The notes beneath the pieces are model-generated. The model had not been told where the DNA came from and made no database searches. It saw nothing but the letters and a program-made list of their open reading frames with translations. Below are positions 16,001 through 23,869 of a DNA stretch of 32,000 nucleotides, one piece after another. Within the stretch, counting starts at the first letter, position 1, and every line of letters begins with the position of its first letter. The position numbers and the translations under genes are program-made. The DNA is from Candidatus Saccharimonadota bacterium (lineage in GTDB: Bacteria; Patescibacteriota; Gracilibacteria; UBA1369; 2-02-FULL-48-14): NCBI GenBank assembly GCA_965230905.1, contig OZ246396.1:1020001-1052000 (forward strand), in the 5' to 3' direction.

Positions 16001-17132
16001 CGGTTCCTAGTGCGTTGGTACCTATTTTATTATATTTAATAATATTAGAGCTCGCGTTGTTTATGGTTCCATCTATTCGAATACCAGACAGTGTGTTTCC
16101 TGAGATGATGTTTATGCTGGAACTGGTGGTACCTCCTATTGTATTGGATCCGCTTGCTAAGAGTATACCGGAGGCGCCGTTCGCAAGTGCAGCCGTTCCG
16201 GCTGAGCTCACCCCAATGTAATTTTTTTCAATCACGATTCCATCTGAGCCATCCACATATATACCGTTTCCGGTGTTACCTGAGATTACGTTTGTAGTAC
16301 CTACGTCAGTTCCACCAATGGTGGTACTGGTTACACCGCTACCGATGTAGATTCCGTTTGAACCGTTTCCAAGGTCGTTGCTTCCGGTGCTCGTTCCTAT
16401 GTAATTTCCTTTTATGATGGCTGCGGAATCTGACAAGAGAATTCCATTCCCTGTGTTGTTCACTATGACGTTCCGTTCTGCCCCGCTGGTACCCCCAATC
16501 ACCACTCCAGTAGAGGTGTTTATTACGCTGATCCCGGTTCCATTTGCGACATCTACTCCAACATAATTATTTATGAGGGTTACGTTGTCTGCACCGTTGA
16601 CGCGAATACCTGAACCGCTGCAATTGTCCCAGTAATTGAGGTCTGGAGTAGCACTTCCTCCAATGGTTGCCCCACTTACACTGGAGCTAAGCACTATCCC
16701 GTTCGTTGCCCCAAGACAGCCGATTCCTTTTACAACGTGACTGGCTCCGCTACTTATACTCAAACAGTGATCCAGCCCGGTGGCTCTTAAGGTCACGTCT
16801 GGATTGGGCGATATGAAGTTATGTGCCGTTGTTCCATCAATGGTGATGGTTTCAGTGATGACCGGAAGGTTGGAGGACAAGGTAATTCCAGTTTGAAAGA
16901 GACCTTCGGTGCCGTCAAAATTAACGGTATCGGCCCCTACGTTGGCATTTGCGTCGGTGATGGCTTGGCGAAGGGAGCCGGCTCCTGAGTCACTTGCATT
17001 GATTACGGTGTAGGTGGCGGCTTGTGCTGAGGGCGCTTGCATCAATACCCCCATGAACAGGGCAACTCCTGCGAGAAACAGGAAGTTGAATAAACCGTTT
17101 TGCGGTTTGATTTGGTTTGACGTTTGTGCCAT
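13059..17132 (-). CDS. giant tail-anchored surface protein: signal peptide, parallel beta-helix repeats, Ig-like domains, acidic Ser/Thr/Glu linker, thrombospondin-type-3-like Ca-binding repeats, C-terminal TM
   Basis: The ORF is open to 17192, but MAQTSNQ (ATG 17132) precedes a signal-like LFNFLFLAGVALFMGVLMQAPSAQA, and a promoter-like element covers 17164-17192. GSLRQAITDAN is followed by about 20 or more turns of G-N-x-G-N-G-I type beta-helix repeats (~15440-17020). There are five DSD-x-DG-x-x-D repeats (~13803-14180). The C-terminus is PWTIALGSIAVLASLTALALFYRNRKLEA. Confidence 0.85.
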   Translation of the reverse strand: MAQTSNQIKPQNGLFNFLFLAGVALFMGVLMQAPSAQAATYTVINASDSGAGSLRQAITDANANVGADTVNFDGTEGLFQTGITLSSNLPVITETITIDGTTAHNFISPNPDVTLRATGLDHCLSISSGASHVVKGIGCLGATNGIVLSSSVSGATIGGSATPDLNYWDNCSGSGIRVNGADNVTLINNYVGVDVANGTGISVINTSTGVVIGGTSGAERNVIVNNTGNGILLSDSAAIIKGNYIGTSTGSNDLGNGSNGIYIGSGVTSTTIGGTDVGTTNVISGNTGNGIYVDGSDGIVIEKNYIGVSSAGTAALANGASGILLASGSNTIGGTTSSSINIISGNTLSGIRIDGTINNASSNIIKYNKIGTNALGTAAIANGGDGILVVTGGTATGLIIGGTDQGNLISGNTGNGIHIAATGATGAQIYDNTIGLQADDSTALANGAHGIRTVADSGIIGEANVSGRRNRIASNGGSGLYINGADSMVVVYNLIGTEGLNQRLNTEHGILIDSTSNSNVIGGTATGAANTILATTGKSCINMTTTAGDFNHIRKNTCSTDGTSSYISRTNPANESIATPTISSATTSYAGGTSAANATVEIFVNGVYVANTTATSGGTWENHMAISASSVVSVTATNSTFSTSASSATFSTVTDSTAPVVPTVTSPANSSYTSSTTATLTGTKEANTSLWIGGVEQVVSDALTTWTVTNYALSEGENNLSIASVDFSSNISTTASHTITRDTITPTAPALSYPSTSTSTVTITGSGTEVGANVYVNGTDSGANVDGLGNFSVSVSVQPGSNSISITIVDNAANTSTASIATVTNTSGGGSSGGSNGGSTSSNSNNSSEETVGNDDEEQESMAGEEEDEAESGEESGSETSTGSETSTESETSTGSETESEEDSNDSNNSGESGETESSFYSGIYQFIDPIQEVSVRETLISTVISEETYETAALTNAAFGESNAQGVPQLLIDLRAGGKSIPATRDSDKDGAYDWEEILYGGNINSADSDDDGLTDAEELFIGETDPESYDSDHDGTADAEDEEPLVYNQPYVSSQELISYIESEQITEPLGTLDSDEDGLSDLSEFYNGTDPQDNDSDADGLTDGDEVLHYGTNPKVSTSSIAAGRVSIVNMNDGAIVEEGEQLFMGHAAEETTVQAHEVNSDGSLTLLGETKSDENGRYILLTTSELKAGKHILVLTTGDSLEELTDLSRPISLTAMSTVKKPLFDGLGLQNQSAITERLPTLSLKAASDYMIVIAWKSTIFSQTLIADASDQTLNARPVENLELGDHTVTWYAQDLKTGATSTPTQISFEVTNTAFASGETGASPWTIALGSIAVLASLTALALFYRNRKLEA
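14441..14501 (-). repeat. in-frame tandem repeat (25-nt exact core at 36-nt period) in the acidic linker of the giant surface protein
   Basis: TTTCAGAGCCCGTGGAGGTCTCTGA occurs at 14441-14465 and again at 14477-14501. It encodes the SETSTGSETSTESETSTGSE low-complexity run. Confidence 0.8.
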
Positions 17133-17163
17133 TGACGTGGTTTTTATTTTTATAAATCTTAAT

Positions 17164-17192
17164 ATTGTAGCACAAAAATGCCTGTTAAACAA
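17164..17192 (-). promoter_or_regulatory. candidate promoter of the giant surface-protein gene (TTGTTT-17-TGcTACAAT)
   Basis: On the minus strand, TTGTTT (17187-17192) is followed by a 17-nt spacer ending in TGC and then TACAAT (17164-17169), an extended -10. It sits in the gap after the glmS stop. Confidence 0.45.
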
Positions 17193-17211
17193 GAGTCCTG
17201 CCTCTGAGGGA

Positions 17212-19005
17212 TTACTTCACCGTAACGGATTTGGCCAAATTGCGTGGCATGTCGGGATTGTTTTGGCGAGCCACAGCCAATTTGTAGGACAAAATTTGAA
17301 TGGGAATTAAGTTGAGAATCGGAGCCGCGGCGCCGGCGCTTGGCACTTTAATCCAGGCGTCAAAAACCTCCGCATTTTCCGGTGAAACTCCAATCAAGAA
17401 CGCGCCGCGGGCCTTTAGCTCCATGGCATTGGAAAGGATTTCTTGGCGGTATTCGTCGTTTGAGGCGATCACAATGCAAGGCGTGCCTTCGGAAATCAGG
17501 GCAATGGGGCCGTGCTTCAGCTCGCCGCCGGCAAAACCCTCCGCGTGAATGTAGGAAACCTCCTGCAATTTGATGGCAGATTCCAGGGCAATGGGGTAGT
17601 TCACGTCGCGGCCAATGATCATGATGTCTTGAGCGGTTTTGATCTGCTCCGCCAAGGCTTCGATGTGTTGCTCGTAGCGCGGGTTCAGCAGGTCGTTGAG
17701 TTTTCCGGCAGCTTCAATCAGCATGGTTTTTCCTTCCGCGAGGCGACCGGCCGTGGCGTAGGCCAGCAGCGTGAGGATGGCGATTTGAGAAGTGGTTGCT
17801 TTGGTGGAGGCCACGGCTTTTTCGGGGCCGGCCTTCAGTGGCAAAACCAGGTCTGCCACGCGCGCCATGGTGGAGGTTTCCACGTTCACAATAGCTACAA
17901 TCGTCGCTCCTTTTTCCTTCGCGATTTCGAGCGCTTCCAAAGTGTCGGCGGTTTCACCGGATTGTGAGATGGCAATCACGAGCGAGCGGTCCGTGAGGAA
18001 ATGGCGCGCGCTTTTAAACTCGCTGCCAAATTTTACGTTCACATGTTTGTGCGCCACATTGGCAAAAAGGTACTCGGCGGTCATGGCCACTTTCCCGGCG
18101 GTTCCACAGCCCACAATGTAGGTTCCGTAGGCGTGCTTGATGGCGTCGGCTACTTTGAGCAAAGTTTCTTCATTGGAATTGATTGCGCGGGTGAGGGTTT
18201 CTTTTTGTTCCATGATTTCCTTGATCATGAAGTGTGGGTAGTCGCCTTTGTCGGCTTCTTCCTCCTTCCAATCTATGGAAATGAGGCGCTTTTCAATGGG
18301 CATATTCTTATCCATATCGAAGAAAAGTGCTTGGCCTTCGGTCAGCACGACCATCTGATTGTCGTCCAGGTACATGATTTCCTTGGTGTATTCCAGGAAG
18401 GCGGGCACGTCGGATGCAATGAAAAGGGCTCCATCGGCGGCTTTACCAATGATCATGGGCGAACCACGGCGGGCCGCGATGATCTTTTTTTCTTTAACGT
18501 GCATGGTCACTACGGCGTAGCGCCCGGTGACTTGTTTGCTGGCGCGAATGAACGCGGCCTCAAAACTTTTTTCTAGTGGGTCATCCGTCATTTCTTGCTC
18601 AATAAGGTGCGCAAAAACCTCGCTGTCGGTTTCGGAGCGGAACTGATGCCCCTTGGCGATGAGTTTTTCCTTCAGCTCAAGGTAGTTTTCAAAAATTCCG
18701 TTGTGGATGATCACAATATCCTGGTTTTCGGTGGTGTGTGGGTGGGCGTTGTACTGCGTCACGCCTCCGTGCGTGGCCCATCGTGAATGCCCCATGGCCA
18801 TGTGCGCGGGTTTGGTCATCGCCTCATTCAGGTTGATCACCTCCGAAATCTTTCCCACATGCTTTTCAATTTCAAATTCTCCGTCGGCTTGCTGCGCAAC
18901 AATGCCCCAGGAGTCATACCCGCGGTATTCCAGTTTCTTCAAACCCTTCAGCACAATTTCCGCCGCTTTTTCACTGGGCCCAAGGTAGGCAAAGATTCCA
19001 CACAT
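17212..19005 (-). CDS. glmS: glutamine--fructose-6-phosphate aminotransferase (isomerising)
   Basis: 597 aa. MCGIFAYLG supplies the N-terminal nucleophile Cys. GHSRWATHG, two SIS domains (SQSGETADTL), and the C-terminal NLAKSVTVK-type end. Confidence 0.95.
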   Translation of the reverse strand: MCGIFAYLGPSEKAAEIVLKGLKKLEYRGYDSWGIVAQQADGEFEIEKHVGKISEVINLNEAMTKPAHMAMGHSRWATHGGVTQYNAHPHTTENQDIVIIHNGIFENYLELKEKLIAKGHQFRSETDSEVFAHLIEQEMTDDPLEKSFEAAFIRASKQVTGRYAVVTMHVKEKKIIAARRGSPMIIGKAADGALFIASDVPAFLEYTKEIMYLDDNQMVVLTEGQALFFDMDKNMPIEKRLISIDWKEEEADKGDYPHFMIKEIMEQKETLTRAINSNEETLLKVADAIKHAYGTYIVGCGTAGKVAMTAEYLFANVAHKHVNVKFGSEFKSARHFLTDRSLVIAISQSGETADTLEALEIAKEKGATIVAIVNVETSTMARVADLVLPLKAGPEKAVASTKATTSQIAILTLLAYATAGRLAEGKTMLIEAAGKLNDLLNPRYEQHIEALAEQIKTAQDIMIIGRDVNYPIALESAIKLQEVSYIHAEGFAGGELKHGPIALISEGTPCIVIASNDEYRQEILSNAMELKARGAFLIGVSPENAEVFDAWIKVPSAGAAAPILNLIPIQILSYKLAVARQNNPDMPRNLAKSVTVK

Positions 19006-19035
19006 ACGTTTAAAATTAGATGTGCTTATTGTAGA

Positions 19036-20475
19036 CTATCGAATCATTTCTCGCAAAGTGGCTCGTTGCTCTAGACTGGTTGGAATAAAACGAGCCGCTA
19101 CTACCACTTGTCCTTTACCTTCGCCATTTACTGCATCTAGTTCTCTAGCCAAGGTGTTTACTTTATCCCCGTAGTTTCCGTTGAACCCACCAATGGCAAT
19201 GATATGAGGAACCACTGACCAAGTTTTATTTCTGCTTCCAGCTACACGATCGGTTAAGGAAATGTCTCCTCCCAGGTTTTCTAGGCCAGCTTTGGCTATG
19301 GCTTGTTCAACGGCGGCTGAGCTACCCCTTTGCGTGCTTCGAGCCACGCGTAGCAACATGTTGCCTTCTACTTTTAGTGGAGCAGCATCCATCACTTCAT
19401 GTTGGAAAACACGAGATCCATTGAAGCTACCTTCATTGATCCAGGTTGATAAAACTTGATCCACATCTTTTCCAGTATTGATTTCAATTCTTTTCCCAGA
19501 TCCTCCAATGTGTGGTGTAGTCACTAGTCCTGGATGGGCATCTGGTGGAAGCGCGAATCTTCCTTTCACTTCCATTTCTTTTGCATGAGTGTCTACGAAG
19601 GCAGAGTGAAGAACGCCTTCTTTGAGTAATACGTCTAGTTCCGCTAAAGAAGGTGCAAGTGAACCTCTGGCGATATTTAAAAGAATGCCGGTAGGGATGC
19701 CATTTACTGTGTTCTTTTCACCCCATTGTCTCAATCGGTCGACACTTATTAAGCCCTTGTTTGGAGTGCCCATCGCGTCCATTTCATCCACATGTAAACT
19801 GAGGACATTAGCCCACGCTAAGAGTTTATCCAGGGTTGGAAACCATCCGACCTGGAGCCCTTCAGCATGTTGTTGAATTCGTCTATCGTACGTTCGTTCT
19901 AGCTCGAATCGGTGATTGTGAGCGCCTATACCCTCCACATGTGGAGAAAGTCTTTCAGCTACTCCCTGGCCAATGTCACCATAGCCTACAATACCTACGC
20001 GCATTTCATCCATTGGCAAAATCGTTTGAGAAGTTTCTCCTTTTGACCACTCACCATTACGTCCGTAGTTGTTTCCAATAGCCAAGCCACTGGCGGCGGC
20101 ACGCATGCACGCTTCTACCAGATCAATTACTTGCTGTCGGTTGGTGTCTACTTTAAGTACTTCGGTACCCAACTCTTGTGCAGCTGCTACGTCGGCATGT
20201 GGCCCCTTGCATGCACCTTGAACCACACTCAGTCCAGATTCTTCCAAAACTTGTCGATTGAAGGTGGATGAAGTTCGAGTTACAGCAACGTGTGCGTCTA
20301 CTGCTAATAAAGCGGCTACTAAGGTGTCAGGATCTTTCGAATTTTTAATCCTATGGGGTTGTAGTCCACGTGCTTCAAGCATTTTATCTAGGCCACCGCT
20401 TTTATCTACATCATCTACAATAGCGATGTTAACGGGGTCCGGTTGTAGGTGCAGTCCGTTTTCTAGAATTGGCAT
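19036..20475 (-). CDS. D-isomer-specific 2-hydroxyacid dehydrogenase family protein, SerA (3-phosphoglycerate dehydrogenase)-like with a C-terminal regulatory-type domain
   Basis: 479 aa. Rossmann GxGxxG (VGIVGYGDIGQG). Family catalytic motifs NIARGSL (Arg), a Glu in VDTHAKEM, and TTPHIGGSG (His). WINEGSFNGSRVF resembles the SerA segment that precedes the ACT domain. The Asp that usually follows the second beta-strand of the NAD fold is not obvious (IGAHNHRF). Confidence 0.7.
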   Translation of the reverse strand: MPILENGLHLQPDPVNIAIVDDVDKSGGLDKMLEARGLQPHRIKNSKDPDTLVAALLAVDAHVAVTRTSSTFNRQVLEESGLSVVQGACKGPHADVAAAQELGTEVLKVDTNRQQVIDLVEACMRAAASGLAIGNNYGRNGEWSKGETSQTILPMDEMRVGIVGYGDIGQGVAERLSPHVEGIGAHNHRFELERTYDRRIQQHAEGLQVGWFPTLDKLLAWANVLSLHVDEMDAMGTPNKGLISVDRLRQWGEKNTVNGIPTGILLNIARGSLAPSLAELDVLLKEGVLHSAFVDTHAKEMEVKGRFALPPDAHPGLVTTPHIGGSGKRIEINTGKDVDQVLSTWINEGSFNGSRVFQHEVMDAAPLKVEGNMLLRVARSTQRGSSAAVEQAIAKAGLENLGGDISLTDRVAGSRNKTWSVVPHIIAIGGFNGNYGDKVNTLARELDAVNGEGKGQVVVAARFIPTSLEQRATLREMIR

Positions 20476-20481
20476 GCGTGA

Positions 20482-20790
20482 CTATTTAGTTAATTCTCCA
20501 GTCGCTCCATCAAAAGTCCAGTTTCCTTTGCCGGGTACGTCAACCATAATGATATTGCGTCGGCCGTCGCCACTTACTGAGCGAGTTGCGCTGACTCCGT
20601 CTACCACTAAAGTCCCCACTCCAACTGGAGAAGGATCGGGTTCGCTGGGGTCACGAAGTAGGTCCAATACAGCTTGAGAAAGGGTTGTTTCAACAGGAAG
20701 GTCGCCACTTTGAGCTACTTCAAGTAATTCACGGAATTCGGGTCTGACTGCGTCAACGAGCGCGTCGGTTTCAAATTGTCCTTCTGCCAT
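20482..20790 (-). CDS. hypothetical acidic protein (102 aa)
   Basis: ATG-started ORF ending 6 nt upstream of the dehydrogenase start. No TM or signal peptide and no recognisable domain. Confidence 0.5.
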   Translation of the reverse strand: MAEGQFETDALVDAVRPEFRELLEVAQSGDLPVETTLSQAVLDLLRDPSEPDPSPVGVGTLVVDGVSATRSVSGDGRRNIIMVDVPGKGNWTFDGATGELTK

Positions 20791-20831
20791 AAAGTGAGAT
20801 TAAGGGAAGAGCGTAGATTATTACGGCTGGC

Positions 20832-21839
20832 TCAGTTCGTCAACTTTTCATACTTGGTGAAATTCTCATATCCTGTTTTGGTAACCCTTCCCATGTCTTC
20901 AATGCGCACGCCGAATTTACCGGGCAGGTAGATGCCGGGTTCCACGGTGACGATCATGTTTTCCTTGAGCACGTCTTTGCTGCGGCCGCTGAGGCTGGGG
21001 GATTCGTGAACGTCGAGGCCGATGCCGTGGCCGAGTGAGTGGCCGAAATGCTGCGCGGCTTCTTTGCCCATGGATTTGCGGGAAATTTCGTCGAGCTTGG
21101 AGCACTTTACGCCGGACTTCAGGGCTTTGATGGCGTCCAACTGGGAGTTGAGTACCTTGAAATAAACATCTTCTTGTTCGGCGGTCGGTTTTTTGGTGAA
21201 AAAGGTGCGGGTCATGTCGCTGCAATAGCCTTTGTATTTCATCCCCATGTCCACCAAAACTACGTCGCCGATTTTCAGTTTTTTGTTGGAATTTTGATGG
21301 TGGGGCGTGGCGCTGTTGGGGCCAAAGGCGATGATGGGTTCAAAGGAAATGTCCTCGGCACCCAGGTCGTGACCGATGGTTTTGATGCGCCAGGCCAATT
21401 CTTGCTCGGTGACGCCGTTTTTGAATAATTTAGTTATTCGCTTGAGCGTTTCTTCATTTATCTGCTGCGATTTTTTGAGGTATTTTATTTCTTCCTTGTC
21501 CTTGAGCAGGCGAAGTTCTTCGATGGGGTGCTTTGCAGGAGAAAAGGCGATGTTTTTAAAGCGTTTTTTCCAGCCTTGAAGGTCTGTGACACTTAAATGT
21601 TCCGCCTCAAATTCGAGCTTACGGCCAGCCAATTTCTTGAAAGTCTGTTCAAATTCTTTATTCAACTCAATGAAAGTGAAGGGAATTCTGGTTTTGGATT
21701 TTTCCAGCTGTTCAGCAAAACCGCGGTAACGGAAATCCGTAAAGAAAAAGTTTTTCTTAGCGCCTTTTAATAAAAATCCATAGGTTCCGGTGAAGCCTAT
21801 AAGATAGCGAACGTTCGTGAGGTGCGTGATGAGTTGCAT
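20832..21839 (-). CDS. M24B family Xaa-Pro peptidase
   Basis: 335 aa. Pita-bread metal ligands lie in VLVDMGMKYKGYCSDMTRT, HSLGHGIGLDVHE, VTVEPGIY and VRIEDM. The start overlaps the ruvA stop (TAATG). Confidence 0.85.
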   Translation of the reverse strand: MQLITHLTNVRYLIGFTGTYGFLLKGAKKNFFFTDFRYRGFAEQLEKSKTRIPFTFIELNKEFEQTFKKLAGRKLEFEAEHLSVTDLQGWKKRFKNIAFSPAKHPIEELRLLKDKEEIKYLKKSQQINEETLKRITKLFKNGVTEQELAWRIKTIGHDLGAEDISFEPIIAFGPNSATPHHQNSNKKLKIGDVVLVDMGMKYKGYCSDMTRTFFTKKPTAEQEDVYFKVLNSQLDAIKALKSGVKCSKLDEISRKSMGKEAAQHFGHSLGHGIGLDVHESPSLSGRSKDVLKENMIVTVEPGIYLPGKFGVRIEDMGRVTKTGYENFTKYEKLTN

Positions 21840-22393
21840 TAAGCTTTTTGTAAGAAAACTCGGATGAGCGTTTCGGTGTCGGTTTCGGTCGCATCGGCCA
21901 ATACTTTTTGTATGTGGTTGCGTTTGTAGCCCAGGTTCTCCAGGGCAGAAACCACATCGGGGTGCACGTCCGAAGTCTGCGGTCGCAGACTTTCGTTGAG
22001 ATCGGTGGGCGTGATTTTTCCTTTGAGCTCCAGCACCATGCGCTCGGCGATCTTTTTGCCGATGCCAGAGATGCTGGTGAGGGTGGCGAGGTTGCCGCTG
22101 AAGATGGCGTTTTGGATTTTATCCACGGGTTCGCAGCAAATATCCATGGCGCTTTTAGGCCCGATTCCGTTTATGGTCAGCAGTAATTCAAAGAATGCGA
22201 GCTCATTTTTTGTTCGAAAGCCAAACAGCGAAAAAGCGTCCTCGCGAATGTGGGTGTGAATGTAGAGTTCCAGTTCGTTTTTTTCTTCTAAGAGGTTTTT
22301 AGGTACGCGAACATGGTAGCCCACGCCGTTCACGAGCAAAATAATGTTCGATTCATCGTGATCAAAGACTTGTCCCTTCAGGTAACGGATCAT
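21839..22393 (-). CDS. ruvA: Holliday junction DNA helicase subunit RuvA
   Basis: The canonical N-terminus MIRYLKGQVF...VNGVGYHV begins at ATG 22393. The ORF-track start at 22456 lies inside tgt. The HhH motifs are LLTINGIGPKSA and LTSISGIGKKIAERM. It overlaps the tgt 3' end by 32 nt. Confidence 0.85.
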   Translation of the reverse strand: MIRYLKGQVFDHDESNIILLVNGVGYHVRVPKNLLEEKNELELYIHTHIREDAFSLFGFRTKNELAFFELLLTINGIGPKSAMDICCEPVDKIQNAIFSGNLATLTSISGIGKKIAERMVLELKGKITPTDLNESLRPQTSDVHPDVVSALENLGYKRNHIQKVLADATETDTETLIRVFLQKA

Positions 22394-23501
22394 GGGTGGC
22401 GAGGAAAGAGGCGAGGAAGCTTTTTTTAAATGTGGAAAAGCTGTCGTTGGCAACATGATAGCGAATTTGTTCCATGAGGTGAAACAGAAAAGCGATGTTG
22501 TGGAGGGAAAGTAGACGCATTCCCAGGAGTTCGTTTTCCACCATCAGGTGGCGGAGATAACTGCGTGAGAATTCTTGGCTGGCGTAGCAGGGAATTTCTG
22601 GGCAGAGGGGGGCTTCGTCGTATTTATATTGCTCTTTGAAGATGCTGTGCCGGCCGTCGAAGTCCCAAAAGGCTCCGTGGCGCGCGAGGCGGGTGGCGAG
22701 CACGCAGTCGAACATATCGATTCCGCGGTCCACGGCTTCTAAAATATCGTCCGGGGTGCCCACGCCCATGAGGTAACGAGGTTTGTTTTCCGGCAGATGC
22801 GGCATAGCCCAATCTACTGCACTAAATTTTTGTTCAAAGTTCTCGCCAACACTCACACCGCCGATGGCGATTCCAGGTGTATCGAGGCTGGCCATGAACT
22901 TTGCGGATTCTTCGCGCAAATTCTGGAAATGGCTGCCTTGTACGATTGGAAACAGCGCTTGGTCAGGCCGAGTTTTGGCTGCGAGGCAACGTTTGGCCCA
23001 CGCGTGGGTGCGTTCCATGGCTTTGCGCGCGTATTTTTCATCTACATCCGCCGCCGCACATTCGTCAAACGCCATAATAATATCCGCCCCTAGTTCCTCC
23101 TGAATCTGCACCGCGCGTTCGGGTGTGAAAAAATGTTTATTCCCATCAAGGTGCGATTGAAACTCCACGCCGTCATCGGTGATTTTTACATTTCCTTTGA
23201 GCGAAAATACCTGAAAGCCGCCGGAGTCCGTGAGGATGGGCTTGTTCCAGTTCATCCATTTGTGCAGGCCGCCCATGCGTGCCACGAGCTCGCTGCCGGG
23301 GCGCATAGCCAAATGGTAGGTGTTGGCCAAAATGATTTCACTGCCCAGCGCTTCGAGGTCTTTGTAGTCCAGGGATTTCACCGTGGCTTTGGTTCCCACC
23401 GGCATAAAAACCGGAGTGTGGATGTCTCCGTGGGGGGTACTAAAAATTCCCAAGCGAGCTTGGGAATCCTTGGATTTTTGCAGGAGTTGAAACTCAAACA
23501 T
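22362..23501 (-). CDS. tgt: queuine tRNA-ribosyltransferase
   Basis: The start is taken at MFEFQLLQKS (ATG 23501), directly after the rpmE stop. Motifs: TPVFMPVGT, LTDSGGFQVFSL (nucleophile-region Asp), LMGVGTPDDILEAVDRGIDMFDCV. The zinc motif is atypical (see findings). Confidence 0.9.
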   Translation of the reverse strand: MFEFQLLQKSKDSQARLGIFSTPHGDIHTPVFMPVGTKATVKSLDYKDLEALGSEIILANTYHLAMRPGSELVARMGGLHKWMNWNKPILTDSGGFQVFSLKGNVKITDDGVEFQSHLDGNKHFFTPERAVQIQEELGADIIMAFDECAAADVDEKYARKAMERTHAWAKRCLAAKTRPDQALFPIVQGSHFQNLREESAKFMASLDTPGIAIGGVSVGENFEQKFSAVDWAMPHLPENKPRYLMGVGTPDDILEAVDRGIDMFDCVLATRLARHGAFWDFDGRHSIFKEQYKYDEAPLCPEIPCYASQEFSRSYLRHLMVENELLGMRLLSLHNIAFLFHLMEQIRYHVANDSFSTFKKSFLASFLATHDPLPEGTSL

Positions 23502-23502
23502 A

Positions 23503-23868
23503 TTATGCTTCGAGTGAAGCTTCGGCAGAAGCAGCCTTCTTTGCAACTTTTGCTTCCTTAGCTTTTTCTTCTTTTACTTTCTCTTTCATCATTTGAGCTG
23601 ACAATTCTTCGTTCACTTTGTCTTCCAAAGTCTTCTTTTTTCGTACTTTCTTATCTCGTCCAGTAGCTCCAGACATCTTTTGTCGGAACTTATCTACACG
23701 TCCTTCGGTATCAATAAGCACCTTCTTACCAGTGTAGAAAGGGTGGCATTTGCTGCAGATTTCCACACGAATTCCTTCTTTGGTAGAACCAATGGGGAAA
23801 TTGTGGCCGCAGTTGGCACATTGAATACCTACTTTTGCGAGATACTGAGGGTGAATGTCCGTTTTCAT
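23503..23868 (-). CDS. rpmE: 50S ribosomal protein L31 (Zn-ribbon type) with a long Lys/Glu/Ala-rich C-terminal extension
   Basis: MKTDIHPQY...CANCGH...CSKCHPFYTGK...GRVDKFRQK is the L31 core with CxxC...CxxC. The ATG at 23868 lies 1 nt after the upstream stop, and the ORF-track start at 23928 lies inside the upstream gene. 121 aa in total. Confidence 0.85.
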   Translation of the reverse strand: MKTDIHPQYLAKVGIQCANCGHNFPIGSTKEGIRVEICSKCHPFYTGKKVLIDTEGRVDKFRQKMSGATGRDKKVRKKKTLEDKVNEELSAQMMKEKVKEEKAKEAKVAKKAASAEASLEA

Positions 23869-23869
23869 G

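Noticed and set aside
17133-17192. Longer start (MFNRHFCATILRFIKIKTTS...) for the giant surface protein
   Set aside because: The extension precedes the signal-peptide-like segment and overlaps the TTGTTT-17-TACAAT promoter-like element. ATG 17132 gives a normal n-h-c signal peptide.
19006-19035. glmS ribozyme upstream of glmS
   Set aside because: Only 30 nt separate glmS from the preceding gene. That is far too short for the ~170-nt ribozyme, and no conserved core is visible.
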